A stretch of 63,959 nucleotides of DNA, filler included, from Theionarchaea archaeon (GTDB lineage: Archaea > Methanobacteriota_B > Thermococci > Methanofastidiosales > SZ-28-30): the NCBI GenBank assembly GCA_018992565.1. It is 6 parts of 6 records of this genome, joined end to end, with 100 filler letters (N's around TTAATTAATTAA, not from the genome) between each part and the next. Parts side by side here need not be neighbours in the genome. Positions count along the whole stretch, not along the records: positions 37,141 to 44,283 come from JACVGW010000111.1; positions 44,384 to 51,461 come from JACVGW010000113.1; positions 51,562 to 58,616 come from JACVGW010000114.1; 3 more parts are not named here. One strand, 5' to 3'. A model generated the notes under the pieces. That model was not told the origin of the DNA, made no database searches, and saw nothing but the letters and a program-made list of their open reading frames with translations. Below, piece by piece: positions 42,608 to 53,552 of the stretch. The first letter of the stretch is position 1. Every line of letters begins with the position of its first letter. A program made the translations under genes and the position numbers.

Positions 42608-43102
42608 GTGAATCTTGCAATAAGAACCTTGAAGCGCCAGAGAGGGAGAACTGCCCTCACTGTGCTTGGAATTACCGTCGGCGTTCTGGCTTTTGTCATG
42701 CTATCGGCAATAGCTGGCGGGCTAGAATCTGGATTCCAACAGACTATAGAAAAAACAGGAGCAGAATTGACTGTAATGCAGAAAAATGTTGCCAACCCAG
42801 CCATTTCTTTCATAAAAATGGATACAGTACAAGAGATTTCCCAGTGGAGCGAAGTNNNNNNNNNNNNNNNNNNNNNNNNNNNNNNNNNNNNNNNNNNNNN
42901 NNNNNNNNNNNNNNNNNNNNNNNNNNNNNNNNNNNNNNNNNNNNNNNNNNNNNNNACTATGCCATTTCTCCGCATCAGTGTTACTCCCGCCCTGGTTGTG
43001 GAGGCTGTTGTATTTGCCGCTGTAGTTGGTATTCTCAGTGGGCTGCTCCCTGCGCTGCGAGCCATGCGAATGAAGCCCATTGATACCTTGCGGTTTGAGT
43101 AG
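42608..43102 (+). CDS. FtsX/MacB-type ABC permease (middle lost in gap)
   Basis: RTALTVLGITVGV N-terminus; GILSGLLPALRAMRMKPIDTLRFE C-terminus. Confidence 0.85.
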   Translation: MNLAIRTLKRQRGRTALTVLGITVGVLAFVMLSAIAGGLESGFQQTIEKTGAELTVMQKNVANPAISFIKMDTVQEISQWSEXXXXXXXXXXXXXXXXXXXXXXXXXXXXXXXXXXTMPFLRISVTPALVVEAVVFAAVVGILSGLLPALRAMRMKPIDTLRFE

Positions 43103-43113
43103 GAGGGTTCAAC

Positions 43114-43788
43114 ATGTTAACACTAGAAAAAGTAAGCAAGACCTACAATGTGGGTGAAATGCAGGTTGAAGCACTGAAAGATGTTTCGCTGACTGTTAAT
43201 GAAGCAGATTTCATCAGCATAATGGGGCCCTCTGGATCAGGGAAATCGACACTATTGCATCTGATGGGTGCTCTTGATGTTCCTTCGTCTGGTCACGTGT
43301 GTCTTGAGGGGAAGGATCTGTCAACCCTGAAAGAATCAGAGCTCACTGTGATACGACGTACACAGATAGGATTTGTCTTTCAGGCCTTCAATGTAGTTCC
43401 CCAGCTCACAGCTCTGGAAAATGTGGAATTGCCGCTTCGTCCTCACCGCCTGCCCACATCAGAGAAACAGAAGAGAGCAGAAGAGCTCCTGGAAAAGGTG
43501 GGCCTTTCAGCCCGTATGAACCACCTGCCCCGGCAGTTGAGCGGTGGAGAGATTCAGCGAGTCGCAGTGGCCCGGGCACTGGTGAACAGGCCCAAGATCG
43601 TGCTGGCAGACGAACCCACAGGTGAACTGGATTCCAAGACCTCCCTTCAGTTGGTCGAACTCATGAAGAAGATGAAAGAAGAGACCCATACTGCTTTCGT
43701 TATCGTCACCCATGATTTTGCCTTGGGAAAGAAGGCTGAACGGAAGTTGGAGCTAATTGACGGTACCTTGAAGGAAAAGGGGGACTAG
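43114..43788 (+). CDS. ABC transporter ATP-binding protein (LolD/MacB-like)
   Basis: GPSGSGKST, LSGGEIQRV, LADEPTG, VTHD. Confidence 0.95.
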   Translation: MLTLEKVSKTYNVGEMQVEALKDVSLTVNEADFISIMGPSGSGKSTLLHLMGALDVPSSGHVCLEGKDLSTLKESELTVIRRTQIGFVFQAFNVVPQLTALENVELPLRPHRLPTSEKQKRAEELLEKVGLSARMNHLPRQLSGGEIQRVAVARALVNRPKIVLADEPTGELDSKTSLQLVELMKKMKEETHTAFVIVTHDFALGKKAERKLELIDGTLKEKGD

Positions 43789-43790
43789 CA

Positions 43791-44201
43791 GTGGATGTGA
43801 GAAAAGCCTTCATGGATGAATTCGCTGAACTCTCAAAGAGAATTCAGAATAATTCAGTACAGGGGAAAATCCAGATGTTCTTTCGTCTGGAAGAAGAGGA
43901 AGAAATATCAAAGACGGATCTGGCTGAGGCACTGGGAATCAGTGAAGGGACTCTGCTCAATTCCATGGAGAACTTCCTCTTGTATGGAATTGTTGAAGAG
44001 CACGGTGATATCTACGAGTACAGGGGGTACCCCCCTGAATTCAAGGATCTTGTGGCTATGCTTCCTGAAAGAAAGAACAAACTCCAGGCCTCGGTCAATA
44101 CCCTGACCAAGATTGTAGACGAGGCTGAGAGCACCGGAGAGTCAGTGGAAGAGTACCGCAGAGTCATCGCAGACATCAAACGGGATTTTGGTCTTGAGTG
44201 A
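43791..44201 (+). CDS. Putative winged-helix regulator
   Basis: SKTDLAEALGISEGTL HTH-like segment. Confidence 0.6.
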   Translation: MDVRKAFMDEFAELSKRIQNNSVQGKIQMFFRLEEEEEISKTDLAEALGISEGTLLNSMENFLLYGIVEEHGDIYEYRGYPPEFKDLVAMLPERKNKLQASVNTLTKIVDEAESTGESVEEYRRVIADIKRDFGLE

Positions 44202-44408
44202 TCAGATGTTTGGAGTGGAACAGGATTTCAGAGGGAAGGGAAAACTCACAGGGTTAACGCCAGAATCCATGGATAATATCTACNNNNNNNNNNNNNNNNN
44301 NNNNNNNNNNNNNNNNNNNNNNNNNNNTTAATTAATTAANNNNNNNNNNNNNNNNNNNNNNNNNNNNNNNNNNNNNNNNNNNNTAAAACGCTGCACCAAC
44401 CTCATACC

Positions 44409-45521
44409 ATGACATACAAGATTGCAGTTCTGCCAGGTGACGGCATTGGCAATGATGTTATGGATGCTGCCAAAATCGTGCTGGATAAGATCAATCTGGA
44501 TGCAGAATATCTTCATGGAGACGTTGGATGGGAATTCTGGTGTAAAGAAGGTAACCCCCTTCCAGAACGTACCATTACTCTTTTAAAGGAAAGCGACTGC
44601 TGCCTCTTTGGGGCAATCACCTCAAAACCGAAGGAAGAAGCAGCCAAAGAGCTCGCTCCCCACTTGCGTGACAAAGGCCTGTCTTACTACTCCCCTATTG
44701 TGGCCATGAGACAACTGCTTGATCTGTACATAAACATGAGACCCTGCAAGTCCTATCAGGGAAACCCTCTCAACTACAGGGATGATATCGATATTGTGGT
44801 TTACAGGGAAAATACAGAGGGACTTTACGCAGGCGTTGAATTTCATCCAGTTCCTGAACAGGTGAGAACCGCTTTGTCCATTCATCCCAAGATGGCATCC
44901 TTTAAGGAAGTGTCAAATGAGGATATGGCAATTTCCTGCAGGATTTTCACCCGAAAGGGATGTCAAAGGATCGTGAGAGCTGCATTTGAATATGCAGAAA
45001 GGACCGGCAGAAAAACAGTAACAGTTGTGGAGAAACCTAATGTAATCAGGGAAACCAGTGGACTTATGATCCGGGAGGCCAGGACTATTGCACGAGAATT
45101 CCCTGACATTGAAATGTGGGAAACCAACGTCGATGCCATGGCCATGTGGTTGATAAAGAATCCCCAGGATTACTCCGTCCTGGTCACCTCCAACTTGTTC
45201 GGGGATATCGTTTCTGACCTGTGTGCCCAACTGGTGGGAGGTCTTGGATTTGCCTCTGCAGCTAATATGTCAGAATCCTTCGCTGTCTTCGAGCCGACGC
45301 ATGGATCAGCACCCAAATACGCGGGACAGCACAAGGTCAATCCGACTGCTATGTTGCTGGCTGTGAAGCTCATGCTGGATTGGCTGGGAGAAAAGGAGGA
45401 TGCTCGAATTCTGGAGGAGGCCATAGCTGCCGTCATTAAGGAGGGCACGTTCAGGACGTATGACATGGGAGGAACAAGCTCCACTCTTGAAGTAGCTCAG
45501 GAGGTAGCAGCAAAGCTGTAG
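44409..45521 (+). CDS. Isocitrate/isopropylmalate dehydrogenase family protein
   Basis: LPGDGIG, RENTEGLY, NLFGDIVSDL, FEPTHGSAPKYAG. Confidence 0.93.
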   Translation: MTYKIAVLPGDGIGNDVMDAAKIVLDKINLDAEYLHGDVGWEFWCKEGNPLPERTITLLKESDCCLFGAITSKPKEEAAKELAPHLRDKGLSYYSPIVAMRQLLDLYINMRPCKSYQGNPLNYRDDIDIVVYRENTEGLYAGVEFHPVPEQVRTALSIHPKMASFKEVSNEDMAISCRIFTRKGCQRIVRAAFEYAERTGRKTVTVVEKPNVIRETSGLMIREARTIAREFPDIEMWETNVDAMAMWLIKNPQDYSVLVTSNLFGDIVSDLCAQLVGGLGFASAANMSESFAVFEPTHGSAPKYAGQHKVNPTAMLLAVKLMLDWLGEKEDARILEEAIAAVIKEGTFRTYDMGGTSSTLEVAQEVAAKL

Positions 45522-45614
45522 CCTGGAGGGCTGAAACGTATCAATATGCAGGAAGGAATCTGAGGGAACAGAAGAGTTATATATGCTAACCATGAGGACT
45601 ACCTGGTGATAAAC

Positions 45615-47576
45615 ATGTGGATACTTGCACCGATAACTTCGGTTATTGCACTGGTCTTTGCCAGTGTCATCGCATACAGAATCATGAAATTAGATCCTGG
45701 TACTGAGAAAATGAAGGAGATCTCAGAAGCGGTCCACCACGGAGCTATGACCTTCCTTAATAAGGAATACAAGTTCTTGGTCATATTTGCTGTGTTGGTT
45801 ACTGCTGCTATTGCTCTCACCATTAATTGGGAAACTGCAGTTTGTTTTGCTGTAGGAGCTCTGTTCTCTTCACTCTCTGGTAATATTGGCATGCGGATTG
45901 CCACCGCTGCCAATGCCAGAACTGCCCAGGCTGCAAAGAGCAGTATCACAGCTGGACTCAGAGTGGCCTTCAACTCTGGAACAGTTATGGGGATGTGCGT
46001 GGTAGGGCTCGGCCTCCTGGGAGTGAGCATGTTCTATTATATCTTTGGGAATCCAGATATCATCTACGGGTTTGGATTTGGAGCATCCTCTATCGCCTTG
46101 TTTGCCCGAGTAGGGGGTGGCATCTACACGAAAGCAGCGGATGTAGGCGCTGATCTTGTAGGGAAGGTGGAAGCGGGCATCCCTGAAGATGATCCTCGAA
46201 ACCCCGCTGTCATTGCAGACAATGTGGGAGACAATGTGGGAGATGTGGCTGGCATGGGTGCAGATTTGTTTGAATCCTATGTAGATTCCATTATCGCTGC
46301 CATGGCCATAGGTGCAGTAATGGCAGTGACCCTCGAGGTAGTACTCCCCCTTCAGATTGCTGCAATCGGTATTCTTGCTTCTGTGGCGGGAACCTTCTTC
46401 GTGTCTACATCGGGAGAGAATTTGCATGCAGCACTCAATAGAGGGATTTTTGCTTCAGCCATCCTCATGGCACTGGGAACCTTTGGACTTATCTATTTCA
46501 CAGGTAACGACATGGGGATCTTCGGTGCCACTGTGGCAGGCCTGATTGCCGGTGTTGTGATTGGGCTGATAACTGAATACTATACTGCAGACAATCGTCC
46601 CCCCGCCCAGGGAGTGGCCTCTGCCTCAGAAACTGGTCCTGCAACAAATATTATTGCGGGTATCTCACTGGGTATGCAGAGTACCGTGGTACCTGTTCTG
46701 GCAGTATGTGCTGCAATCTTGATTGCATACTACTTTGCTGATCTATATGGAATTGCAATTGCTGCTGTGGGAATGTTATCAACCCTGGGAATCACGCTGG
46801 CCACCGACACATATGGTCCTGTGGCCGATAATGCAGCAGGGATTGCAGAAATGGCCAAGATGGGAAAAGATGTAAGAGAGCGAGCAGAAGCGCTGGATGC
46901 AGTTGGAAACACGACTGCTGCCATTGGCAAGGGATTTGCCATCGGTTCTGCAGCTCTGACAGCACTTGCCCTGTTCAGTGCATATGGAACAAAAGTGTCC
47001 CAGCTGGGAGGTGCTCCCTTCAGCATTGACATTACCCAGCCTTCGACGGTGGTGGGATTGTTCATTGGAGGACTCCTGCCCTTTGTGTTTTGCTCCTTCT
47101 CCATATCTGCTGTGGGTAGAGCTGCCTTTGACATGGTCAAGGAAGTAAGGAGGCAGTTCAAGGAAATCCCCGGCCTCATGGAAGGGACTGCAAAGCCAGA
47201 TTACAGTACGTGCGTGTCCATCTCAACAGGGGCTGCCCTGCGTGAAATGCGAATCCCGGGCATCCTGGCAGTATTATCTCCTGTGGTAGTGGGAGCGTTG
47301 CTGGGCGCTGAAGCCCTGGGTGGATTACTGGCAGGGTCTGTAGTCACAGGATTTCTGCTGGCTGTATTCATGGCGAATTCCGGTGGAGCCTGGGATAATG
47401 CAAAGAAATATATAGAAAGAGGCAACCTAGGAGGTAAGGGCTCAGCACCCCACAAGGCTGCTGTTGTTGGAGACACAGTGGGAGACCCTTTCAAAGACAC
47501 ATCAGGTCCCTCGCTGAACATACTTATCAAATTGATGTCCATTGTGGCTCTGGTCTTTGCCCCCTTGTTCGTGTGA
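45615..47576 (+). CDS. hppA: Membrane-bound K+-dependent (probably Na+-translocating) pyrophosphatase
   Basis: [34 protein letters not shown] (Ala indicates K+-dependent), [10 protein letters not shown]. Confidence 0.95.
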   Translation: MWILAPITSVIALVFASVIAYRIMKLDPGTEKMKEISEAVHHGAMTFLNKEYKFLVIFAVLVTAAIALTINWETAVCFAVGALFSSLSGNIGMRIATAANARTAQAAKSSITAGLRVAFNSGTVMGMCVVGLGLLGVSMFYYIFGNPDIIYGFGFGASSIALFARVGGGIYTKAADVGADLVGKVEAGIPEDDPRNPAVIADNVGDNVGDVAGMGADLFESYVDSIIAAMAIGAVMAVTLEVVLPLQIAAIGILASVAGTFFVSTSGENLHAALNRGIFASAILMALGTFGLIYFTGNDMGIFGATVAGLIAGVVIGLITEYYTADNRPPAQGVASASETGPATNIIAGISLGMQSTVVPVLAVCAAILIAYYFADLYGIAIAAVGMLSTLGITLATDTYGPVADNAAGIAEMAKMGKDVRERAEALDAVGNTTAAIGKGFAIGSAALTALALFSAYGTKVSQLGGAPFSIDITQPSTVVGLFIGGLLPFVFCSFSISAVGRAAFDMVKEVRRQFKEIPGLMEGTAKPDYSTCVSISTGAALREMRIPGILAVLSPVVVGALLGAEALGGLLAGSVVTGFLLAVFMANSGGAWDNAKKYIERGNLGGKGSAPHKAAVVGDTVGDPFKDTSGPSLNILIKLMSIVALVFAPLFV

Positions 47577-47580
47577 TTGT

Positions 47581-48132
47581 ATGTACAAAAAAGTGATATT
47601 ACGAGATGTCGTTCGAGTGCCTCCTGCCAGATTCGGCGAGAATCTGAAGGAGGCAATCATTTCCATTTTGCGGGAAAGCTTTGCTGGAATCTGGAAGAAA
47701 GACCTGGGCCTAGTCCTTGCCATCATTGAGGTGCACAAGGTTGGCTCAGGCAAAGTAATCCCTGGAGATGGTGCAGCATACTATGATGTAGAATATGAGG
47801 TTCTGGCCTACGACCCAGTGATGCATGAAGTCGTGGAAGGGGAAATCGCAGAAATCCTAGAATTTGGTGCTTTCATCAGACTGGGTCCTGTGGATGGATT
47901 GGTTCATGTTTCCCAGATAACCAATGACTTCATCAGCTTTGATTCCAAACAGAGAACGCTGGCTGCCAAGGAAAGCGGGAGAATTCTCAAAGAAGGAGAT
48001 AGAGTACGGGCCAGAATCGTGACTATATCCAAGAAAAAAGATGGCACAAAGATTGGACTGACACTGAGGCAGCCAGGATTAGGCAAGATTCAGTGGATAC
48101 AAGAAGACTTGAAGAAAGAGGAGAGCGCATGA
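47581..48132 (+). CDS. rpoE1: DNA-directed RNA polymerase subunit E'
   Basis: [17 protein letters not shown]1 domain [21 protein letters not shown]. Confidence 0.95.
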   Translation: MYKKVILRDVVRVPPARFGENLKEAIISILRESFAGIWKKDLGLVLAIIEVHKVGSGKVIPGDGAAYYDVEYEVLAYDPVMHEVVEGEIAEILEFGAFIRLGPVDGLVHVSQITNDFISFDSKQRTLAAKESGRILKEGDRVRARIVTISKKKDGTKIGLTLRQPGLGKIQWIQEDLKKEESA

Positions 48133-48305
48133 AAGTATGTAGGGAATGTCACAGAATCTTGGAAGGAAATGTGTGTCCAATTTGTAAGACATCACATCTC
48201 ACAGATGACTGGAGCGGATTGGTGATTATCTTTGATCTCGAATCTCAGATCGCCAAGAGCCTCAACATAACTCATCCTGGGAAATATGCACTTCGGGTCA
48301 GATAA
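48129..48305 (+). CDS. spt4: Transcription elongation factor Spt4 (RpoE'')
   Basis: CRECH...CPIC...WSGLVII...PGKYALRVR. Confidence 0.95.
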   Translation: MKVCRECHRILEGNVCPICKTSHLTDDWSGLVIIFDLESQIAKSLNITHPGKYALRVR

Positions 48306-49002
48306 ATGAAGATGACGCAGCAAGCATGGGAAAAAATGCAGGAGCGCATTGGACTTCTCATTACAGGAGAGATTCCAGAACCATACAAAACCCTGAAAGG
48401 GATGCTCGCTGGTGAGAAAGTGATCGCAATAGGAGATGTGGTGGCTGAGAACATGCTGAAGGTGGGTATTGAACCTGACATGATTGTCGTGGACGGCAAG
48501 AGCATGAGAACTAACCGCATGAAGAAAATAGAATGTGATATCACAGTGAAGAATCCTGCGTCAGAGTTGACAGAAGAACTGATTTCAGCGGTAAGGAAGG
48601 GTTACAAGAGAATTTTCGTGGAAGGGGAAGAAGACCTGGCTGCACTCCCCGCAATACTGTATGCAGAGTCCAACACGCTTGTTGTGTACGGGGTGCCTTC
48701 GGAAGGCATTATGGTTATCAGACCCACTGAAGAAAACAAGNNNNNNNNNNNNNNNNNNNNNNNNNNNNNNNNNNNNNNNNNNNNNNNNNNNNNNNNNNNN
48801 NNNNNNNNNNNNNNNNNNNNNNNNNNNNNNNNNNNNNNNNGCACTCCCCGCAATACTGTATGCAGAGTCCAACACGCTTGTTGTGTACGGGGTGCCTTCG
48901 GAAGGCATTATGGTTATCAGACCCACTGAAGAAAACAAGCAGAAAGTGAAAGACGTACTTGCCCTTTTTGAGAATGGAGAGACGACTCGACTTTTTGATT
49001 GA
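48306..49002 (+). CDS. DUF359 GTP-dependent dephospho-CoA kinase (gap with duplicated flanks inside)
   Basis: IGDVV, VDGK, VKNPA, VEGEEDLAALP, YGVP; conserved position after spt4. Confidence 0.88.
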
Positions 49003-49076
49003 TAATCCCGTCTTTCTGTAGTTTGAGTAGAAAGGGTTCCGGAGGAATGCCAACCCTTACTCAAATCATCTGTATT

Positions 49077-49508
49077 CTAGTACCGCCTTCTGCCTCCAAA
49101 AAAGAGACCAGTAAGAATATCTTTTCGTGATCCCAGGGTCAGATTTCGCGTGAAGCTTCTGCTCTCCTCATATGTGAGTTTATCACTGCCGGCCTGAACC
49201 CCTTCCCTCCAAATCTGGAGTCCTTCCTCAACTTCTACAGTGTAGACCGGAATCTTCTTTTTCTCAGCATACTCCAGAACTGTCCAGACGCTGACGGTGT
49301 ACTTGCCTTCCAGGGAGACTCCCACCACTGCGTGACAATCAATCACTTCCTGTTTCCAGTTTCGTATCCTTTCTGAACTGAGTCTGGAAGGAGAAAGTAT
49401 CTTTACATCTTCTCCCAGCTTGGATTTGATCATTTCTTTTACCGATTCTTCGGTCCGGGAATTATAAGTAATGGGGGGGAGCATTAGGTAAATCATTCTC
49501 TGTTGCAT
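49077..49508 (-). CDS. Hypothetical protein
   Basis: 143-aa ORF with typical composition. Confidence 0.6.
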   Translation of the reverse strand: MQQRMIYLMLPPITYNSRTEESVKEMIKSKLGEDVKILSPSRLSSERIRNWKQEVIDCHAVVGVSLEGKYTVSVWTVLEYAEKKKIPVYTVEVEEGLQIWREGVQAGSDKLTYEESRSFTRNLTLGSRKDILTGLFFGGRRRY

Positions 49509-50295
49509 TAGCTTCGCTTACAATCGAATGATTAAAAAGGTTTCGTATTAGATGAGCCCACATTTCAGTTTTCTGAGATTCCATGAACATTTTGGGTCCC
49601 ACCTGCAAGCGAGAGTGACAGCGATGGCTAGACACACCTCCAAGAAAGCATAGATCAATCTGAGGAACCTCTTCCTGAAGCTCAGCGTATTAAAGGAGAA
49701 AAAGACATCATTCGTTGTTAAAGGGGGAAACCCCATCATTCATTACATCTAATCTGTCATCAGTAGACCTCTCAGCAAAAAATCTGGCGAGAGTACATTA
49801 ATTTTGTCATAATAAACATAAAGAGAATTATTCTGATTATAATAAGCTATGGTTTAACTACAGAAAGAAAAAAAGTACAAAGACTTCTTTATCTACTTTT
49901 AAGCCCATCAATGTGAATTTAAACAAGAATAAAATATCAATTATATTTTTCACAATCTCCCAAATTTAATTCTTGCAGGAATTTTGGTCAAAAGGAGAAA
50001 TCACGCTGTTCAGCAGAAATCAAGAACGTGTGCAACTGAAAAATCCACTAATCCGTATTCTGAGAAATAGGAAAAATCATAAAGAATTCTTCTGTTAAAG
50101 AGTTGGAGTCTTCTTTTTTCCAGAAATTCAGTCATCTTTAATATCATAATATAAATCTGGAAATTATAAAAGGACAGTACAACTACCGATAATGTAGATA
50201 AAAGGTTAATAATAGATCATTGGTAATCAATACCCAAAAGTTTATATACCCAAATGAGAAAGAGAAGTAAATCACTATAAAGGAGGTGACAAGAT

Positions 50296-51461
50296 ACGAA
50301 AGGTAGAATAGGGATAACACTTGTTCTCACGATACTACTGAGTTTGAGTATGTCTACAGTTTACTCCGAAAATGATTCCTTCAGCGTGGAGTATCACTTC
50401 ACTGCCACTACTGCCACAGATGCCTGCGGTTCCTGGATGATTGATGGTACTATTACACAGGAAATTGCAGGAGAGCCCATGGTTCCTTACTACCCTGCAA
50501 GCATCCTTTTGCCGCAGGATTCAGAGATAAAAGACGTCAAGGTGAAGACCAGTAATCCAGTGATCCAAACAGGAGTGGAACTGCCATGGGGCCAGCCGCC
50601 CTGCACATACAGTGATGAACCAGTGAAAGTCGGCAGAAATGAAGAGGTCTATGGCTCTGATAACCTGTACCCTACAACAGAGTTCGAGGTTGTGAGTATA
50701 GAGTCTTTCAGAGGATTCCAGATACTCCTGGTTAACCTGTACCCTATCCAGTATCAGCCAAAGTCAGGAGCCATAAAATTCTATGAGACCATGACAGTGG
50801 ATGTGAAATTCGGAAAGGGTATGAAGAACAAGCTGTATAGAGGGCTTGGTGAAGACAAAGCTGAGATCTCTGGCATGGTGGACAACCCTGAAATGGTCGC
50901 CACGTACGAGGATGGAGCAGTGCCGTTATCGACCTACCAGTACATCATCATCACCAATGACACTATGAAGTCAACCTTCCAGACACTTGCCAATCACAAA
51001 GCCCACTATGTAACAGGAGCAGCTGTCTATACTGTATCATGGATTTCATCCAATTACACAGGAAGGGATACCCAGGAGAAAATCAGGAACTTCATCAAAG
51101 ACTACTACACCAATTGTGGTACGCGGTATGTGTTACTGGGTGGCGATATCAGTGCAGTCCCCTACAGAGGCTTTTATGTGAGTACAGGCGGATATACTGA
51201 TTCTGATATGCTGGCCGACATGTACTATGGTCACCTGGATGGCACGTGGAACACTGACAATGACAGCCGCTGGGGCGAATCAGGAGAAGAAGACTGGTAT
51301 GCTGAAGTGGCTGTTGGAAGAGCACCAGTGGAAAGCACTACAGAAGCATCAAACTTTGTGAACAAAGTCATCAACTACGAGCTCGCCGCGAAACCCAAGA
51401 AAGTCCTCCTGCACCAATCCCGAATCGCATCCGGAAACTCCCCCGATTCACGGTGCCTGGC
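50296..51461 (+). CDS. Second C25 family peptidase paralog (3' end cut), probable ACG start
   Basis: Strong similarity to 33325 gene (LPWGQPPCT, GKGMKNKLYRG, YRGFYVSTGGYTDSDM); RBS 50281-50289 then ACG-KGR and signal peptide. Confidence 0.85.
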
Positions 51462-51564
51462 NNNNNNNNNNNNNNNNNNNNNNNNNNNNNNNNNNNNNNN
51501 NNNNNTTAATTAATTAANNNNNNNNNNNNNNNNNNNNNNNNNNNNNNNNNNNNNNNNNNNNGGG

Positions 51565-51660
51565 TCACGGGTTGGGTCTGTCAGGACATTCGATAAACCT
51601 GGGCATGCACTCAGTGGGGCGGTATAACCCAGATCCGACCAGTGGTTTTTCCCATTTCAT
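51565..51660 (-). CDS. Short peptide MKWEKPLVGSGLYRPTECMPRFIECPDRPNP, candidate RiPP precursor
   Basis: AGGAGGTGA RBS before ATG; WxxP leader-like motif; two Cys; lies in radical SAM island. Confidence 0.6.
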   Translation of the reverse strand: MKWEKPLVGSGLYRPTECMPRFIECPDRPNP

Positions 51661-51934
51661 TATATCACCTCCTGTGAATAACAGTCCATAAAGGATCCTC
51701 TGCAACTGCAAGATCTGCTCTCTATAGTGAAATAAGTAGTTTTCGCGGACTAAGAATGCGAGGTTTGTGGAATTTTTCAAAGAAATTCTCATATTAATTG
51801 AGAGAATGGTCTTCGTGGATCAGGTATGCGGCCCTGACGGATGATGACAACTACTGTGACAAAGGATGTGAGAAGGGGACAGAGCCCTGACCGAAGTAGA
51901 GCAGTCTTTTTAAGTGGCAATCGGAACTGATAGC

Positions 51935-53497
51935 ATGCGCCTTGCCCTGGTATTTCCTCCTTCCATGCCACCTACGTCTCCACCGTGTGGCATAGCCTAT
52001 CTGAAAGCATACCTGGGAACAGGGAAGGCCTTTGACTTGAACCTTGATTATCACAGTATCCTCATAGATAAAGCACAAAAAGGAGAATTGCCTCCTGTGG
52101 TGTACTGTGAAAGTCCAGAGGATGTAAGAGAAGCTGCCAGGTTCCTCAAGGATTCAGATGCCTTCTTTGATATTGAGGAGTACAACAGGTATATGGCCAC
52201 TTTCTATGACTTTTTCAACAACGTATATCCTCCTTTACAGAGAGCGTGTATGAAGTATCTTGAAGGATCTGCAGGTAGTTGGATGATGTCCTTTCTTGAT
52301 GAATTGACGTCCCCCATAAAGAGATACCATCCAGATGTTGTGGGACTGTCCCAGATGGTCTTTCCTCAGCGTGAGATCTGTATGGCTCTGGCCAGCTACC
52401 TGAAACATGAAGAGTACCATGTAATACTGGGTGGAGCTTCCTTGTGGCACAATCCGGAGAAATATCTATCCTGTAAGAAGTGTGACGTCTCTGAAGTCTT
52501 TGATGCAGTTTTCTATGGAGAAGGTGAGCTGGCCCTAAGGGCATATCTCGATGAAGAAGACCTGGGGAAAATACCCGGTATCGTCTACAAGAAGGGAGCT
52601 GTCATCAGGAATGAGAAAAAGAACCTTGTGGACCTGGATGGTATCCCCTGCCCCGATTACAGCGATTTTCTCTTGGAACAGTATTACACTCCGGAGATTG
52701 TCCTGCCAGTGCTCACGTCACGGGGGTGCTACTGGAAACGGTGCACGTTCTGCACTCACCATAGATCTTATACAAGATACAGAGAACAGTCTATTGGAAA
52801 GGTGCTTTCTGATCTCAAGGAGCTGCAGCATAGACACGGAACATCCCATTTCTTGCTGGCAGACGAAATGGTACATCCACATAGATACAACGAGTTATCT
52901 CAATGCATCATCGAGAGTGGGCTGGATATCAGGATGTACTCAGAGGCAAAGCCCACAAGAGAGTTCACAGGACCACTGTTGGAAGCAATGTATGCAGCAG
53001 GAGTAAGGGCACTGTTGTGGGGAGTGGAATCTGGGACACAGCGCATTCTTGATCTTATGGACAAAGGAATTTGTGTACATGACGTTGAGAAAGTATTGGA
53101 AGCCAGCCATGAAGCGGGAATATGGAATATGGTGTTCATGATCATCGGATATCCCACCCAGACCTGGGAAGAATCTGAACAGGATATTGCTTTCTTACAG
53201 AGGAATGCTCCCTTCGTTTCCACAGTCACAGGCTCGGAGTTCAAGCTCGAAGAAGGTTCCCGCATGTATGAGGCACCTCAGGATTATGGCATCAAAGAGG
53301 CTGGACCAGGAGGAGAATTCTCTCCTGTCTGCCAATATATCCCTGAACACCCACTTGAGAATGCAGATCTTCTTTCTAAGAAGTATGAGGTTGAATTTGT
53401 GGTCTTATCCAGAGGCTCGTGGTATTTTGCCAGAATGAGGGATCACATGCTCCTCTTTGCTGATAGAATGAGTAAGAACCCCCTCAAGAGCCAGTGA
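51935..53497 (+). CDS. B12-binding radical SAM protein
   Basis: LVFPP...PPCGIAYLKAYL, ILGGA, GEGE, SRGCYWKRCTFC, GVESG. Confidence 0.88.
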   Translation: MRLALVFPPSMPPTSPPCGIAYLKAYLGTGKAFDLNLDYHSILIDKAQKGELPPVVYCESPEDVREAARFLKDSDAFFDIEEYNRYMATFYDFFNNVYPPLQRACMKYLEGSAGSWMMSFLDELTSPIKRYHPDVVGLSQMVFPQREICMALASYLKHEEYHVILGGASLWHNPEKYLSCKKCDVSEVFDAVFYGEGELALRAYLDEEDLGKIPGIVYKKGAVIRNEKKNLVDLDGIPCPDYSDFLLEQYYTPEIVLPVLTSRGCYWKRCTFCTHHRSYTRYREQSIGKVLSDLKELQHRHGTSHFLLADEMVHPHRYNELSQCIIESGLDIRMYSEAKPTREFTGPLLEAMYAAGVRALLWGVESGTQRILDLMDKGICVHDVEKVLEASHEAGIWNMVFMIIGYPTQTWEESEQDIAFLQRNAPFVSTVTGSEFKLEEGSRMYEAPQDYGIKEAGPGGEFSPVCQYIPEHPLENADLLSKKYEVEFVVLSRGSWYFARMRDHMLLFADRMSKNPLKSQ

Positions 53498-53552
53498 TGG
53501 TACTGAAAAGAATGAATGCGACTCCAGAGTGCATCACTTTTTCCCCCAGAGA

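Noticed and set aside
48642..48940. Internal duplication and apparent frameshift in DUF359 gene
   Set aside because: Identical flanks around a 100-N gap; artefact, not a pseudogene
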